Assembly: GCA_963724295.1 (NCBI GenBank)
Contig: CAVRUC010000002.1
Coordinates: 32,001 to 96,000 of the forward strand
Direction: 5' to 3'
Length of the DNA stretch: 64,000 nucleotides
Source of the DNA: an uncultured Chloroflexia bacterium
Lineage (GTDB): Bacteria; Chloroflexota; Chloroflexia; Thermomicrobiales; UBA6265
The notes beneath the pieces are model-generated. The model did not search any database, had not been told where the DNA came from, and worked only from the letters and a program-made list of their open reading frames with translations. Below, in pieces: positions 31,237-40,480 of this stretch (the stretch's first letter is position 1; the number at the start of each line of letters is the position of its first letter). The position numbers and the translations under genes are program-made.

Positions 31237-32349
31237 GGCAACGACCTTGCGCGGACGCCAGCCGGAGCCGTCAGGCGTGGCCTCGCCGGTGCCGAGCCAC
31301 TCGCCAGCAGCGTCATAGACCCGGATGGGACCTGAGACAGGGTGGTCGGCGGGGATCGGCGAGCCCTGTCGCCAGTGGCGCGAGGCATCCTCGTCGAGGA
31401 CGAGCGCCGGCCACGTTTCCACCGGAATATCGGGGTGCATAGCCACCCAGGGCCAGGACCAGGGAAGCTCGACCTGCGTCAGCTCCTCGATGGTGATGGC
31501 CTGGCAGAGATGGAACGGACCGGCGCGCAGCCGGACGAGATTGGAGAGGTAGGCGCCGGTCCCCAGTTCTGCTCCGAGATCGCGCGCCAGGGCCCGGATG
31601 TAGGTCCCTTTCGAGCAATCGACGAGCAGGGTCGCGACGGGAGGGTTCCACTCCAGCATCTCCAGGCAGGAGAACGTCACGGGTCGCGGCGAGCGAGGGA
31701 TCTCCTCACCGCGGCGCGCCAGATCGTAGAGCTTCTGGCCACCGACCTTGATCGCGGCGTGCATCGGGGGTACTTGCTCGCCGGAGCCGCGAAAGCGCGC
31801 CAGCACCGCTTCGATAGCGTCCGCGGTCAGCTCCGCGGTACCGGCGATACGGGTGACACGACCCTCGATATCGTGGCTGTCGGTCTCGACGCCGAAGGTC
31901 ACGTCGGCCAGGTAGGTCTTGGAGGCGTCGTTGAGGAATTCCAGCGTCTTCGTGGCCATGCCAACCGCGAGCGGCAGCACCCCGGTCGCGGCCGGATCGA
32001 GGGTACCGGCGTGGCCGATCCGCTTTTCACCTAGCAGACGGCGGGCGCGGGCCACGACGTCGAAGCTGGTCCAGCCGGCGGGCTTGTCGATGACGAGGTA
32101 ACCGTGGAGGGAGGGGGAGTCGCTGCGCTCAGGGGGTGGCAGCCGCTTCGCGGCTTCAGGGGGAGCCGTCCGCTTCGCAGACTCAGGGGGTGCCGGTCGC
32201 TCCGCTCCCTCAGGGGGTGTTAGTCGCTGCGCTCCCGCAGGGGGTGAAGGAGAACGAGTAAGACTGCCGTCGGTCTCGTCTTCCCCTGAGCCGAAGGCGA
32301 CACCCCCTGAGGCGGTGAAACCGCCGCCACCCCCTGAACGAAGTGACAC
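31237..32349 (-). CDS. truB: tRNA pseudouridine(55) synthase; both ends run into repeats and the true stop is unclear
   Basis: IDKPAGWTSFDVV, IGHAGTLDP.ATGVL, QVPP..AAIK..G, CSKGTYIR. Confidence 0.95.
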
Positions 32350-32381
32350 CCCCGAGGCGAAGCCGGCACCCCCTATCCCCC
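32107..32381. repeat. Family B-related array of CCCCCTGA-bounded hairpin units
   Basis: Four 27-bp units plus a partial unit on the - strand (32244-32118) and an inverted arm at 32282-32375. Confidence 0.85.
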
Positions 32382-33410
32382 TACAACAACGGCGTCCGGC
32401 TCCGGGATGGCGGCAACGAGCTCGGCGACCTTCGCGATGAAGGCCTGCTTCTCCGCCTCGCCGCCCTCGAGGTGCGCCCCCGCGGCGCGCGGATGACCGC
32501 CGCCGCCGAACTCGGCGGCGATGGCGGCCACGTCGAGATTCTTCTCCAGTCCGCGCAAGCTAACCCGCCAGCCACGTTCGTCCTCGTCCTGATAGAGGAT
32601 CACGGCCACGCGAGAGCCCTGGGTGCCGGACAGGAAGTTGACGATCCCCTCGGCCTCGACCATCTCGGCGCCGCACTGCTGGAAGCCTTTGCGGGTCATC
32701 TCGGTCCAGATGATCGGGCCGTTCCAATGGATATTGTGCAGGGCGTGCTCCCAGAGACAGATGGTGGAGCGCGGCTTGAGGCGGAAGAGCTGGTCGACGA
32801 CCGGCTCCAGCTCGGCCCCGCACTCGACGAGCTCCGCCACGGTGCGGATGGTATGGGGCGTGGTGGACGGGGTGCGCAACCCGAGCGTATCGCCGTAGAT
32901 GCCGGCCAGCAGGTTGCGGGCCATATCCGGGGTCATCGCGGTTCGCCAGAGCTTCAGCACCTCGGCGACGATCTCCGCCGATGACGATGCCTCCGGCTCG
33001 ACGATGTTGACGTCCCCGAAGCGGTCGTTCGTGATGTGGTGATCGATATTGACGATGGGGAGGTTTCCAGCGAGACGAGAGGGATCGTCCTTGGCGAAAT
33101 TGCCGAGTCGCCTGCGGTCCGCGCAGTCGATCAAGCAGAGCATGTCGTAGGCAGGCAGCTCGTCCCGGCCGTAGACCAGAACCGACTCGACCCCCGGCAG
33201 GAATGTCAGATTCGACGGGAAATCGCCGTCGGAAATGAGTGGATAGGCGTCGACGCCGTACTCGGCAAGGGCGAGCCGCATCGCCAGCGGAGAGGACATG
33301 CCATCGGCATCGACGTTCTGATGCATTGGCATCAGGACGGTCTTGGCGCCACGCAGCAGGACGAGCGCCGCCTCGGCGTCGGCGGGATCGATGGCCCAGG
33401 AGTCGTTCAC
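32373..33410 (-). CDS. nrnA: DHH/DHHA1 phosphoesterase (NrnA-like)
   Basis: HQNVDADG, NIDHH, GIYGDT, VSLR, FGGGGHPRAAG. Confidence 0.9.
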   Translation of the reverse strand: MNDSWAIDPADAEAALVLLRGAKTVLMPMHQNVDADGMSSPLAMRLALAEYGVDAYPLISDGDFPSNLTFLPGVESVLVYGRDELPAYDMLCLIDCADRRRLGNFAKDDPSRLAGNLPIVNIDHHITNDRFGDVNIVEPEASSSAEIVAEVLKLWRTAMTPDMARNLLAGIYGDTLGLRTPSTTPHTIRTVAELVECGAELEPVVDQLFRLKPRSTICLWEHALHNIHWNGPIIWTEMTRKGFQQCGAEMVEAEGIVNFLSGTQGSRVAVILYQDEDERGWRVSLRGLEKNLDVAAIAAEFGGGGHPRAAGAHLEGGEAEKQAFIAKVAELVAAIPEPDAVVVGG

Positions 33411-33844
33411 ACCTCACCGTCCGAAGTCGTGGAGTCGTGGAGATCGTTGCCGCTGGCAGGAGTCGTGGAGAAGAGTTTTGCTTCTCGACTCCGCGCCTTC
33501 TCGCCTTCTCGACTCAATTCGCGCAGGGTCCGATCGATCTCTTCAGCGTGCTCCATCGAGCGGTCGTCCCGGAAATCGAGGTCAGGAATGATACGCGTGC
33601 GCATGCGCGGCTTGAGATGACCGCGGATGAACCCGGCCGCGCCGCGCAGTGCCGTAATGGTCTCCTTGCGTTCGCCATCGGTGCCCAGAACGGAGACGTA
33701 GATCCGCGCCGAGCGCAGATCGGGCAGCACCTCGACGCGGGTGACGGTCCAGAAGCCGAGCCGCGGATCGTCGATCTCGGAGCGGATGATGTCGACCACC
33801 TCCTCGCGGAGGAACTCGCCCATCTGTTGCGTGCGCCGGGTCAT
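33407..33844 (-). CDS. rbfA: Ribosome-binding factor A
   Basis: DPRLG..TVT.V...PDLR.A.IYVS, IPDL.F..D.S; operon position. Confidence 0.96.
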   Translation of the reverse strand: MTRRTQQMGEFLREEVVDIIRSEIDDPRLGFWTVTRVEVLPDLRSARIYVSVLGTDGERKETITALRGAAGFIRGHLKPRMRTRIIPDLDFRDDRSMEHAEEIDRTLRELSREGEKARSREAKLFSTTPASGNDLHDSTTSDGEV

Positions 33845-33854
33845 GGTGACCTCC

Positions 33855-33948
33855 GGAAGTCGGACAGTCGGTGAGTCGGTGAGTCGGTAAGTGAAGGGCT
33901 TTGGTCCCGCTTACTTACCGACTCACCGACTTGCCGTCTTACCGACTA
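33855..33948. repeat. Inverted tandem 8-mer repeat (GTCGGTGA/TCACCGAC)
   Basis: AGTCGGTGAGTCGGTGAGTCGGTAAGT...ACTTACCGACTCACCGAC between infB and rbfA. Confidence 0.75.
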
Positions 33949-35844
33949 CGTTCGCGCTACCTCTTCGCTATGGAAGAACTCGACCTGATCGCCGACCTGG
34001 AGATCGTTGAAGCCCTCCAGGCCCAGGCCGCACTCGTAGCCGGCCGCCACTTCGCGGACATCGTCCTTGAAGCGCTTGAGAGACTTCACCGCCCCTTCGT
34101 GGACCACGGTGCCGCTGCGCAGCACGCGGGTGCGGCTGTTGCGGGTGATCCGGCCATCGAGCACGTAGAGCCCGGCGACCATGTCGCCGCCCGGCAGCTT
34201 GAAGGTCTCGCGCACTTCCGCGTAGCCATCGGTCACATCCTGGAAGACGGGCGCCAGGAGACCGGTCATGGCCGCCTTCACTTCGTCCAGCAGGTTGTAG
34301 ATGATGTTGTAGAAACGGATATCGACGCCAGAGGCGTCGGCCGCCCGCTTGGCGGCAACGTCGGGCCGCACGTTGAAGCCGATGATGATCGAGTGGGTGG
34401 CGGTGGCCAGGCTGACGTCCGACTCGCCGATGGCCCCGGTGCCGGCGTAGGTGATGCTCAGCTGGACCCCTTCCGGCACCTCCTCGTTGAGCTTGAGCAG
34501 CGCCGTCTGGATAGCCCCGAGCGATCCGGAGACGTCCGCCTTCAGGATCACGCGCAGCTCGGCCACGCCACCTTCGCTGATCTCCTTCGAAAACTCGGTC
34601 AGCTTGAAGGAGCGGTCAGCGGACAGCGACTCGGCACGGCGCTCCGCGGTGCGCCGCTCGGCGACCTCGCGGGCCAGCTTCTCGTCGGTGAAGACCATGA
34701 ACTGGTCGCCCGCCTGGGGCGCTTCGAGTAGACCCAGGATCTCGACCGGCATGCTTGGCTCGGCGCGGCGAATCTTGCGGCCACGGTCGTCGAACATGGC
34801 CTTCACGCGGCCCCAGGTCCCGCCCGCCACGACCACGTCGCGCGGGTTGAGCGTGCCGCTCTGCACCAGCAGCGTCGCTATCGGGCCGCGGGTGCGGTCG
34901 ATCTTGGCCTCGACCACCACGCCGGAGGCGGGCTTGAGCGGATTGGCTTTCAGCTCATGCACGTCGGCGACGAGCGTGATGACCTCCAGCAGGTCATCGA
35001 GACCGAGCTTCTCCAGCGCGGAAACCTCGACAAAGGGAACGTCGCCGCCCCACTCCTCGGGCAGGACCTCCAGATCGGAGAGCTGTTGCTTGACGCGGTC
35101 AGGGTTGGCGGCCGGGAGATCGATCTTGTTGACCGCCACCACCATCGGCACCTGGGCCGACTTGATGTGCGCCACCGCTTCCCGTGTCGTCGGCATCACA
35201 CCGTCGTCGGCGGCCACCACCAGGACCGCGACGTCGGTCGCCTGCGCCCCGCGAGCACGCATGGCGGTGAACGCCTCGTGGCCGGGGGTATCGAGGAAGG
35301 TGATCTTGCGCCCGTGAGCATCGACCTGGTAGGCGCCGATGTGCTGGGTAATGCCGCCGGCCTCTCCCTCCGCCACATTGGCGGAGCGAATCGCGTCGAG
35401 CAGCTTGGTCTTGCCATGGTCGACGTGTCCCATGATCGTAACCACCGGCGGCCGCGTCCGGGCCTCGGGATCGCTCTCAGCCTCGGTGCGGCGCGTCTCG
35501 AAGCTGTCGCCTTCGCCGGTGAGATCCGACTCCTCCGGATTGGTCTCCCAGCCAAGCGCCTCCGCCACGCGAGCTGCCGTCGCGTAATCGACCTGCTGGT
35601 TGATCGTCGCCATCATGCCGAGCTTCATCAGCTCCTTGATGACTTCGACGCCGGTGGTCTGCAGCCGCTCGGCCAGCTCGCCGAGGGTGAGCACCGAGGG
35701 CAGGGTGACTGGTTCGCGCACGATCGGCGCGGTGCGCCGCACGGCGACGGTGCGGGCTCCGCCGCGGCCGCCCTTGCCGCGACCACCCTTGCCGCCGGGG
35801 CGCCGGGATCCGGCGGGACGCCGACCTTGATACGTACTTGCCAT
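33946..35844 (-). CDS. infB: Translation initiation factor IF-2
   Basis: [50 protein letters not shown]. Confidence 0.98.
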   Translation of the reverse strand: MASTYQGRRPAGSRRPGGKGGRGKGGRGGARTVAVRRTAPIVREPVTLPSVLTLGELAERLQTTGVEVIKELMKLGMMATINQQVDYATAARVAEALGWETNPEESDLTGEGDSFETRRTEAESDPEARTRPPVVTIMGHVDHGKTKLLDAIRSANVAEGEAGGITQHIGAYQVDAHGRKITFLDTPGHEAFTAMRARGAQATDVAVLVVAADDGVMPTTREAVAHIKSAQVPMVVAVNKIDLPAANPDRVKQQLSDLEVLPEEWGGDVPFVEVSALEKLGLDDLLEVITLVADVHELKANPLKPASGVVVEAKIDRTRGPIATLLVQSGTLNPRDVVVAGGTWGRVKAMFDDRGRKIRRAEPSMPVEILGLLEAPQAGDQFMVFTDEKLAREVAERRTAERRAESLSADRSFKLTEFSKEISEGGVAELRVILKADVSGSLGAIQTALLKLNEEVPEGVQLSITYAGTGAIGESDVSLATATHSIIIGFNVRPDVAAKRAADASGVDIRFYNIIYNLLDEVKAAMTGLLAPVFQDVTDGYAEVRETFKLPGGDMVAGLYVLDGRITRNSRTRVLRSGTVVHEGAVKSLKRFKDDVREVAAGYECGLGLEGFNDLQVGDQVEFFHSEEVART

Positions 35845-36224
35845 TAGCGATGCTCTCCTTCTGTCCTTGCCAATATCGGCGCCGTGCCCGCGGCCGTCGA
35901 GGTCTCCAGGGGCAGTGTGGCCGCGTAGCGGCGCAACCGTTCGAGTGTCTCCGTATCGATCTCTACATTCAATGCTCGGGCCAATAACCCGGAGGCAAGC
36001 GCTTTCTCCCAACAGGCGGCCTGCCCACAGAGGTAGGCGCCCCGTCCGTTGCGGCGCCCGGTGGGATCGGGCTCCACCTGTCCTTCCGGACTGCGCACGA
36101 TGCGGTACAGCCCGCGCTTGGCGTCGTGCCCACGGCAGGCGATGCACATCCGCTGCGGGACGTGCTTCGCTCGAGGGGGGCGCTTCGCTGAGGGGGGCGC
36201 TGCGCTTGAGGGGGGCGGCCGCAA
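35844..36224 (-). CDS. ylxR: YlxR/RnpM family RNA-binding protein (start uncertain, lies within a repeat)
   Basis: KHVPQRMCIAC, LYRIVR, DPTG...GRGAYLC. Confidence 0.93.
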   Translation of the reverse strand: MRPPPSSAAPPSAKRPPRAKHVPQRMCIACRGHDAKRGLYRIVRSPEGQVEPDPTGRRNGRGAYLCGQAACWEKALASGLLARALNVEIDTETLERLRRYAATLPLETSTAAGTAPILARTEGEHR

Positions 36225-36328
36225 GCGGCCTGAGGGGGGAGTGGAGTACGACGAGAGGTTTCCTCTTCTTCTCCCCTCTTCCCCCCGGGAGCGCAGCGAC
36301 CCCCCTCTCCCCCCTCTTCCCCCTTCAC
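36172..36328. repeat. Family B repeat at the nusA/ylxR junction
   Basis: GAGGGGGGCGCTTCGCTGAGGGGGGCGCTGCGC..GGCCGCAAGCGGCCTGAG..CCGGGAGCGCAGCGACCCCC. Confidence 0.85.
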
Positions 36329-36331
36329 CCG

Positions 36332-37672
36332 CTACACCCCCTCGGCCGCCGCGGCGACCGCCACTGGCTCATCCTCGAGCGACAGCGGTTCGCCGCTCTC
36401 GAAATCGAAGCGGTGGCGCAGGTCGCGGTTGTAAAAGACTTCCAGGGCGGTCCCAGCCATATCGACATCGACGCTCATGCCGACCAGATCGGGAGCGAGT
36501 GGGCCGAACGTCTTGTCGCGGACCGAGATGGTGCCATCGGCACGGACCAGGCGAGGCTGGCGTCCCTGCCAGGAGAAGTCGTCGCTCTGCGAATCGGCCA
36601 TGGCTGCCCGCGCCTGCCGCAACAGATCCTCGTCCATCTCCTGGAGCGCGGCCGGGTCCTTGATGTCGATGCGCCAGCCGGTCAGCTTATAGGCGAGGCG
36701 GGCGTTCTGCCCTTCCTTGCCGATCGCCAGCGACATCTGATCGGTCGGCACGATGACCGTGGCCACCTTGTTCGGCTCGTCCAGCGTGACCGATGACGGC
36801 TTCGCCGGCGACAGGGCGTTGGCGATGAACTGCGCCGTGTCGGACGACCATTCGATGACGTCGATCTTCTCGCCGTAGAGCTCGTTGACGATGTTCTGGA
36901 TACGCACCCCACGCACGCCGACGCAGGCGCCGACGGGATCGACCTTCTCCTGCCGCGCGGCGACGGCGACCTTGGAGCGGAGACCCGGCTCGCGGGCGAC
37001 CTCCATGATCTCGACCGCGCCGGAGAAGATCTCCGGGACCTCCTGCTCGAAGAGACGGCGAATGAGCCCCGGATGGGAGCGGGAGACGATCAATTGGGGA
37101 CCGCGTTGGTCCTTGTTCACCTCGACCAGGAGCACCTTGACCCGCTGCCCGGGCCGGTACCGCTCGTTCGGTACCTGCTCGCGAGCCGGCATGACCGCCT
37201 CAGCCTTCCCTAGCTCGACGATGACGGCCCGCGGATCGGCGCGCTGCACGATGCCGTTCAGCACCTCGCCCTGCTTGTCGTGGAACTCGTCGTAGACCGA
37301 ATCGCGCTCGTAATCGCGGATGCGCTGCAATACGACCTGCTTCACGGTCTGCGCGGCGATGCGGCCGAAGTTCTCAGGGGTGCGCTCGATGCGGATCTCG
37401 TCGCCGACCCGCGGATCGGGCGCGTACGTCATCGCCTCGGCCAGCGACATCTGGCTGAGGGGATCCTCGACCTCGTCGACCACCTCCTTGACGGCAAAGA
37501 TGCGCATCGCGCCGGTGGTCTGGTCCACGTCGACGGCGACTTCCTCTTCGGTGTTCGCCATTTTCTTGTAGACACTCTTCAGAGCATGTTCGACCGAGGA
37601 GAGCACCGCCTCTTTGGGAATTCCCCGCTCGGCGGCAATCTGGGCGATCGCCGTGTAAAAGTCGCTCTTCAT
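36332..37672 (-). CDS. nusA: Transcription termination factor NusA
   Basis: FGRIAAQT.KQV, S1 domain, AREPG.RSKVAV, GACVG.RG.RI, AIGKEGQNARLA; AAAGGAG RBS. Confidence 0.97.
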   Translation of the reverse strand: MKSDFYTAIAQIAAERGIPKEAVLSSVEHALKSVYKKMANTEEEVAVDVDQTTGAMRIFAVKEVVDEVEDPLSQMSLAEAMTYAPDPRVGDEIRIERTPENFGRIAAQTVKQVVLQRIRDYERDSVYDEFHDKQGEVLNGIVQRADPRAVIVELGKAEAVMPAREQVPNERYRPGQRVKVLLVEVNKDQRGPQLIVSRSHPGLIRRLFEQEVPEIFSGAVEIMEVAREPGLRSKVAVAARQEKVDPVGACVGVRGVRIQNIVNELYGEKIDVIEWSSDTAQFIANALSPAKPSSVTLDEPNKVATVIVPTDQMSLAIGKEGQNARLAYKLTGWRIDIKDPAALQEMDEDLLRQARAAMADSQSDDFSWQGRQPRLVRADGTISVRDKTFGPLAPDLVGMSVDVDMAGTALEVFYNRDLRHRFDFESGEPLSLEDEPVAVAAAAEGV

Positions 37673-37864
37673 GCCCGCATTGCTCCTTTCCTGGGGCGCC
37701 GGCAGATGGGCGGCCCGCTGGCGGGATGGCAACCGCAACGTCGCGGCGCCGGAGCGCCTCATGGGCTCAGTTGACACGGTCGATGGGAAACGTGGTCTGG
37801 CCCCTGGCCCAGGGCGCTGGAACGGCCGCCCTGCGGCCGCATGCGTGCAGCGGCCTTTGAACAC

Positions 37865-37893
37865 AAAAGAACGCGGGTTGTGGTCCCACGTTC
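37865..37893 (-). terminator. Intrinsic terminator/attenuator in the nusA leader
   Basis: GAACGUGGG-ACCACAA-CCCGCGUUC-UUUUG shortly after the promoter. Confidence 0.65.
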
Positions 37894-37918
37894 CGCGGAA
37901 GGCTTGGTTCCAGCACAA

Positions 37919-37947
37919 ATAATAGCATCGGGACACCGCCGCGACAA
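37919..37947 (-). promoter_or_regulatory. Promoter of the nusA-infB operon
   Basis: TTGTCG-17 nt-TATTAT with an extended -10 TGn. Confidence 0.6.
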
Positions 37948-37951
37948 CCTG

Positions 37952-38112
37952 ACGATGGGTGATAGGTGATGGGTGATTACTCGCTTCGCGCCTGCGGACG
38001 CAAGTGGTGATAGGGTGGTTGTTCGCTGCGCTCACGGTGGCAGGGTCGCAGGGTGGCAGGACGAACGCTGCCCATCACCCTGCCACCCTGCGACCCCGCC
38101 ACCCAACACCCA
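37952..38112. repeat. Family A repeat
   Basis: GATGGGTGATAGGTGATGGGTGATTACTCGCTTCGC...TTCGCTGCGCTCACGGTGGCAGGG...CCCTGCCACCCTGCGACCCC. Confidence 0.8.
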
Positions 38113-38187
38113 CGTCGTATACTCCGGCTCCGGCGCGCCGGGCAGCCTCCCGCGCGGTAGGCACGAGACCCGGAGCCCAGTCCCCCG

Positions 38188-39321
38188 GTGCAATCGCTTT
38201 CCAACGGCAACAGTCCTCGCTCCGCCGCGCGCCAGTCGCCGTTTCGGTCGCCGCGCGTCTGGATCGGTGTCCCGGTCAGTCTCTTCTTCCTCTTCCTTGC
38301 CTTCCGCGGGCAGCATCCCGACGAGATTCGCGACGCGTTCTCCCGGGTCGACTGGCGCTCGCTGCCCCTGGCCTTGCTCCTTCTCTACACCGGGATCGCC
38401 ATCCGCACCTACCGCTGGCACGTCCTGCTGCGTCCGGTGCACGACATCCCGACGCGTGACGTCTTCCCGATCATGCTCATCGGCTACGCCGCCAACAACG
38501 TCCTCCCCTTGCGGGCCGGCGAGCTGGTGCGCGCCTGGGTCCTGGAACAGCGCTACGGCGTGCGCAAGACGGCCGCGCTGGCCACCATCGCGGTCGAGCG
38601 CCTCTTCGACGGCGTGACCATGCTCCTCTTCGTCGGCGGGGCGGCGACCGTGGTCGGGCTCAATGCCGAGCTGCAACATGTCGCCATGGTGGCCGCCGCC
38701 ATCTTTGCCGCGGCGATCGCCGGGATGGTCCTCCTCCTCGTTGGTGGCACATTGCGCGAGCGGCTGCTACGGCTCGTGCTCAGGCCGTTGCCCGACCGCC
38801 TGGAGGCACGTGTCGAGCGCATGGCCGAGTCGTTCCTGGCGGGACTGGGGGTCCTCACGCGGCGAGGCGATCTGGCGCTGGTTGCGATCACGTCAATCAT
38901 CGCCTGGGGATTCGAGGTGTCGATGTACTGGATGGTGGCACGAGCGTTCGGTGACCCGCTCGCCGGAGCGATGACGCCCGCCGCCGCGCTCCTGACGACC
39001 GCGATCGCCAATCTGGCGACCCTCGTCCCGTCCGGACCGGGATACGTGGGTACCTTCGAGGCGGGAGTGTTGCTTGCGGTCAACCGTGCGCTCGGCATCG
39101 GCCGCGGGTTGGCCCTCTCCTACGCGGTCCTGCTCCACGTCCTGCTCTGGCTGCCGGTCACCGTCTGGGGCGCCATCGAGTGGTGGCGCCTCGGCATCGT
39201 GGGCAGCCGGCACATCAGCCTCGCGCACGCGGTCGAGGACGAGCTCGCCCCGGCTCCTGCGCCGCAACCGGTCTCCCAACGCGCGAGTCCGGGCGCGGGT
39301 GGCCCGGGAGGGGGTGCGTGA
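38188..39321 (+). CDS. Lysylphosphatidylglycerol synthase TM (UPF0104 flippase-like) protein
   Basis: R..RW..LL, GYAANNVLPLRAGE..R, VERLFD, PSGPGYVGTFE. Confidence 0.9.
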   Translation: MQSLSNGNSPRSAARQSPFRSPRVWIGVPVSLFFLFLAFRGQHPDEIRDAFSRVDWRSLPLALLLLYTGIAIRTYRWHVLLRPVHDIPTRDVFPIMLIGYAANNVLPLRAGELVRAWVLEQRYGVRKTAALATIAVERLFDGVTMLLFVGGAATVVGLNAELQHVAMVAAAIFAAAIAGMVLLLVGGTLRERLLRLVLRPLPDRLEARVERMAESFLAGLGVLTRRGDLALVAITSIIAWGFEVSMYWMVARAFGDPLAGAMTPAAALLTTAIANLATLVPSGPGYVGTFEAGVLLAVNRALGIGRGLALSYAVLLHVLLWLPVTVWGAIEWWRLGIVGSRHISLAHAVEDELAPAPAPQPVSQRASPGAGGPGGGA

Positions 39322-40172
39322 CCGTTTGGCAGGCGATCGTGCTCGGGATCGTGCAAGGGTTGACCGAGTTCCTGCCGGTCTCGTCCTCCGCGCATCTGCT
39401 GGTGGTGCCGTGGCTGCTCGGCTGGGAGTCGCCGGGCCTGGCCTTTGACGCTGCTCTCCACCTCGGTACCCTGGCCGCCGTGCTCGTCTATTTCTGGCGC
39501 GATCTGCTGGCGATGGCGCTGGCCCTTCCCCGCGCCATCCGGCAGCCCTCCGCCATCCTGCGCTCGGATGAGCCCGATGACGTCATGCCTCGCCTCGCAT
39601 TGCTGATCGCCCTCGGTACCGTGCCCGGTTTGATCGCCGGACTCGTGGGCGGGGGAGCGATCGATGCGGTCTACCATCCCGATGGCGTGGCGGCGGATCG
39701 AGTCATCATCATGGTCGCGGTGGCCATGATTGCTCTTGCGCTGCTGCTCCTCGTGGCGGAGCGCACAGCCCAACACGTGCGGGGCATGGCCAGCCTCACC
39801 GTTCGCGACGCGGCGATCATCGGGCTGGCCCAAGCCCTGGCGCTGATCCCGGGGGTCTCCCGCTCCGGCGCCACGATCACCGCCGGCCTCTTCCGCGGGT
39901 TGACCCGCGCCGACGCGGCTCGCTTCTCCTTCCTCCTGGGCGCGCCGATCGTCGCCGCGGCTGGAGCGAAGGGACTCTTCGATACGCTCACGTCGGGTCT
40001 GGGCGCGGGGCAGCTCGGGATCCTGGCCGTTGGTCTCGCTACTTCGGCGCTGGCCGGGTTCGCCGCGATCTGGGGTCTGCTGCGCTATCTGCAGCGGGCC
40101 AGCACCGTGGTGTTCATCGTCTACCGGATCGTGCTGGGCATTGTGCTGATCCTATTAGTGGCGGTGCGGTAG
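39318..40172 (+). CDS. uppP: Undecaprenyl-diphosphate phosphatase
   Basis: GIVQGLTEFLPVSSSAHL, PGVSRSGAT, ARFSFLL, F..YR. Confidence 0.96.
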   Translation: MTVWQAIVLGIVQGLTEFLPVSSSAHLLVVPWLLGWESPGLAFDAALHLGTLAAVLVYFWRDLLAMALALPRAIRQPSAILRSDEPDDVMPRLALLIALGTVPGLIAGLVGGGAIDAVYHPDGVAADRVIIMVAVAMIALALLLLVAERTAQHVRGMASLTVRDAAIIGLAQALALIPGVSRSGATITAGLFRGLTRADAARFSFLLGAPIVAAAGAKGLFDTLTSGLGAGQLGILAVGLATSALAGFAAIWGLLRYLQRASTVVFIVYRIVLGIVLILLVAVR

Positions 40173-40214
40173 ATGGCAAAGATGAGCGTTGTCGTGAGCA
40201 GAGGCCAGCCCTGA

Positions 40215-40480
40215 TTCTATCGGCGATCCATCCACCTATGTTTTCTGCCCGCATCAGAACTCTCCCACCCAGCGGAATCCGGTAGCCTGGATGGCGACCC
40301 TCCTCGATCAGCGCCCGCTCCAGCGGTTCGAGGCTCTCGTGGAGGCCGTATCGGTAGAGGTACGGTCTCCAGGTGAAGAACTGTTCCCGGAACGGAGTCA
40401 TAAGCTGGTCGCGTATTGCCGTGTAGCCATGCAGATTGCCATGGTCGGCGATCCAGGAGCTGCGCCACGATTGTCCTCCA
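40215..40480 (-). pseudogene. Possible C-terminal fragment of an unrelated protein (methyltransferase-like)
   Basis: WIADH..LHGY.AIR...F.W.PYLYRY.L..SLEPLERALIEEG is not Fic-like; no N-terminus present. Confidence 0.35.

Noticed and set aside
32107..32381. CRISPR-like appearance (constant boundary plus variable core)
   Set aside because: The constant part is only about 7-8 nt, the cores are self-complementary and related to each other, and no cas genes or leader are present.
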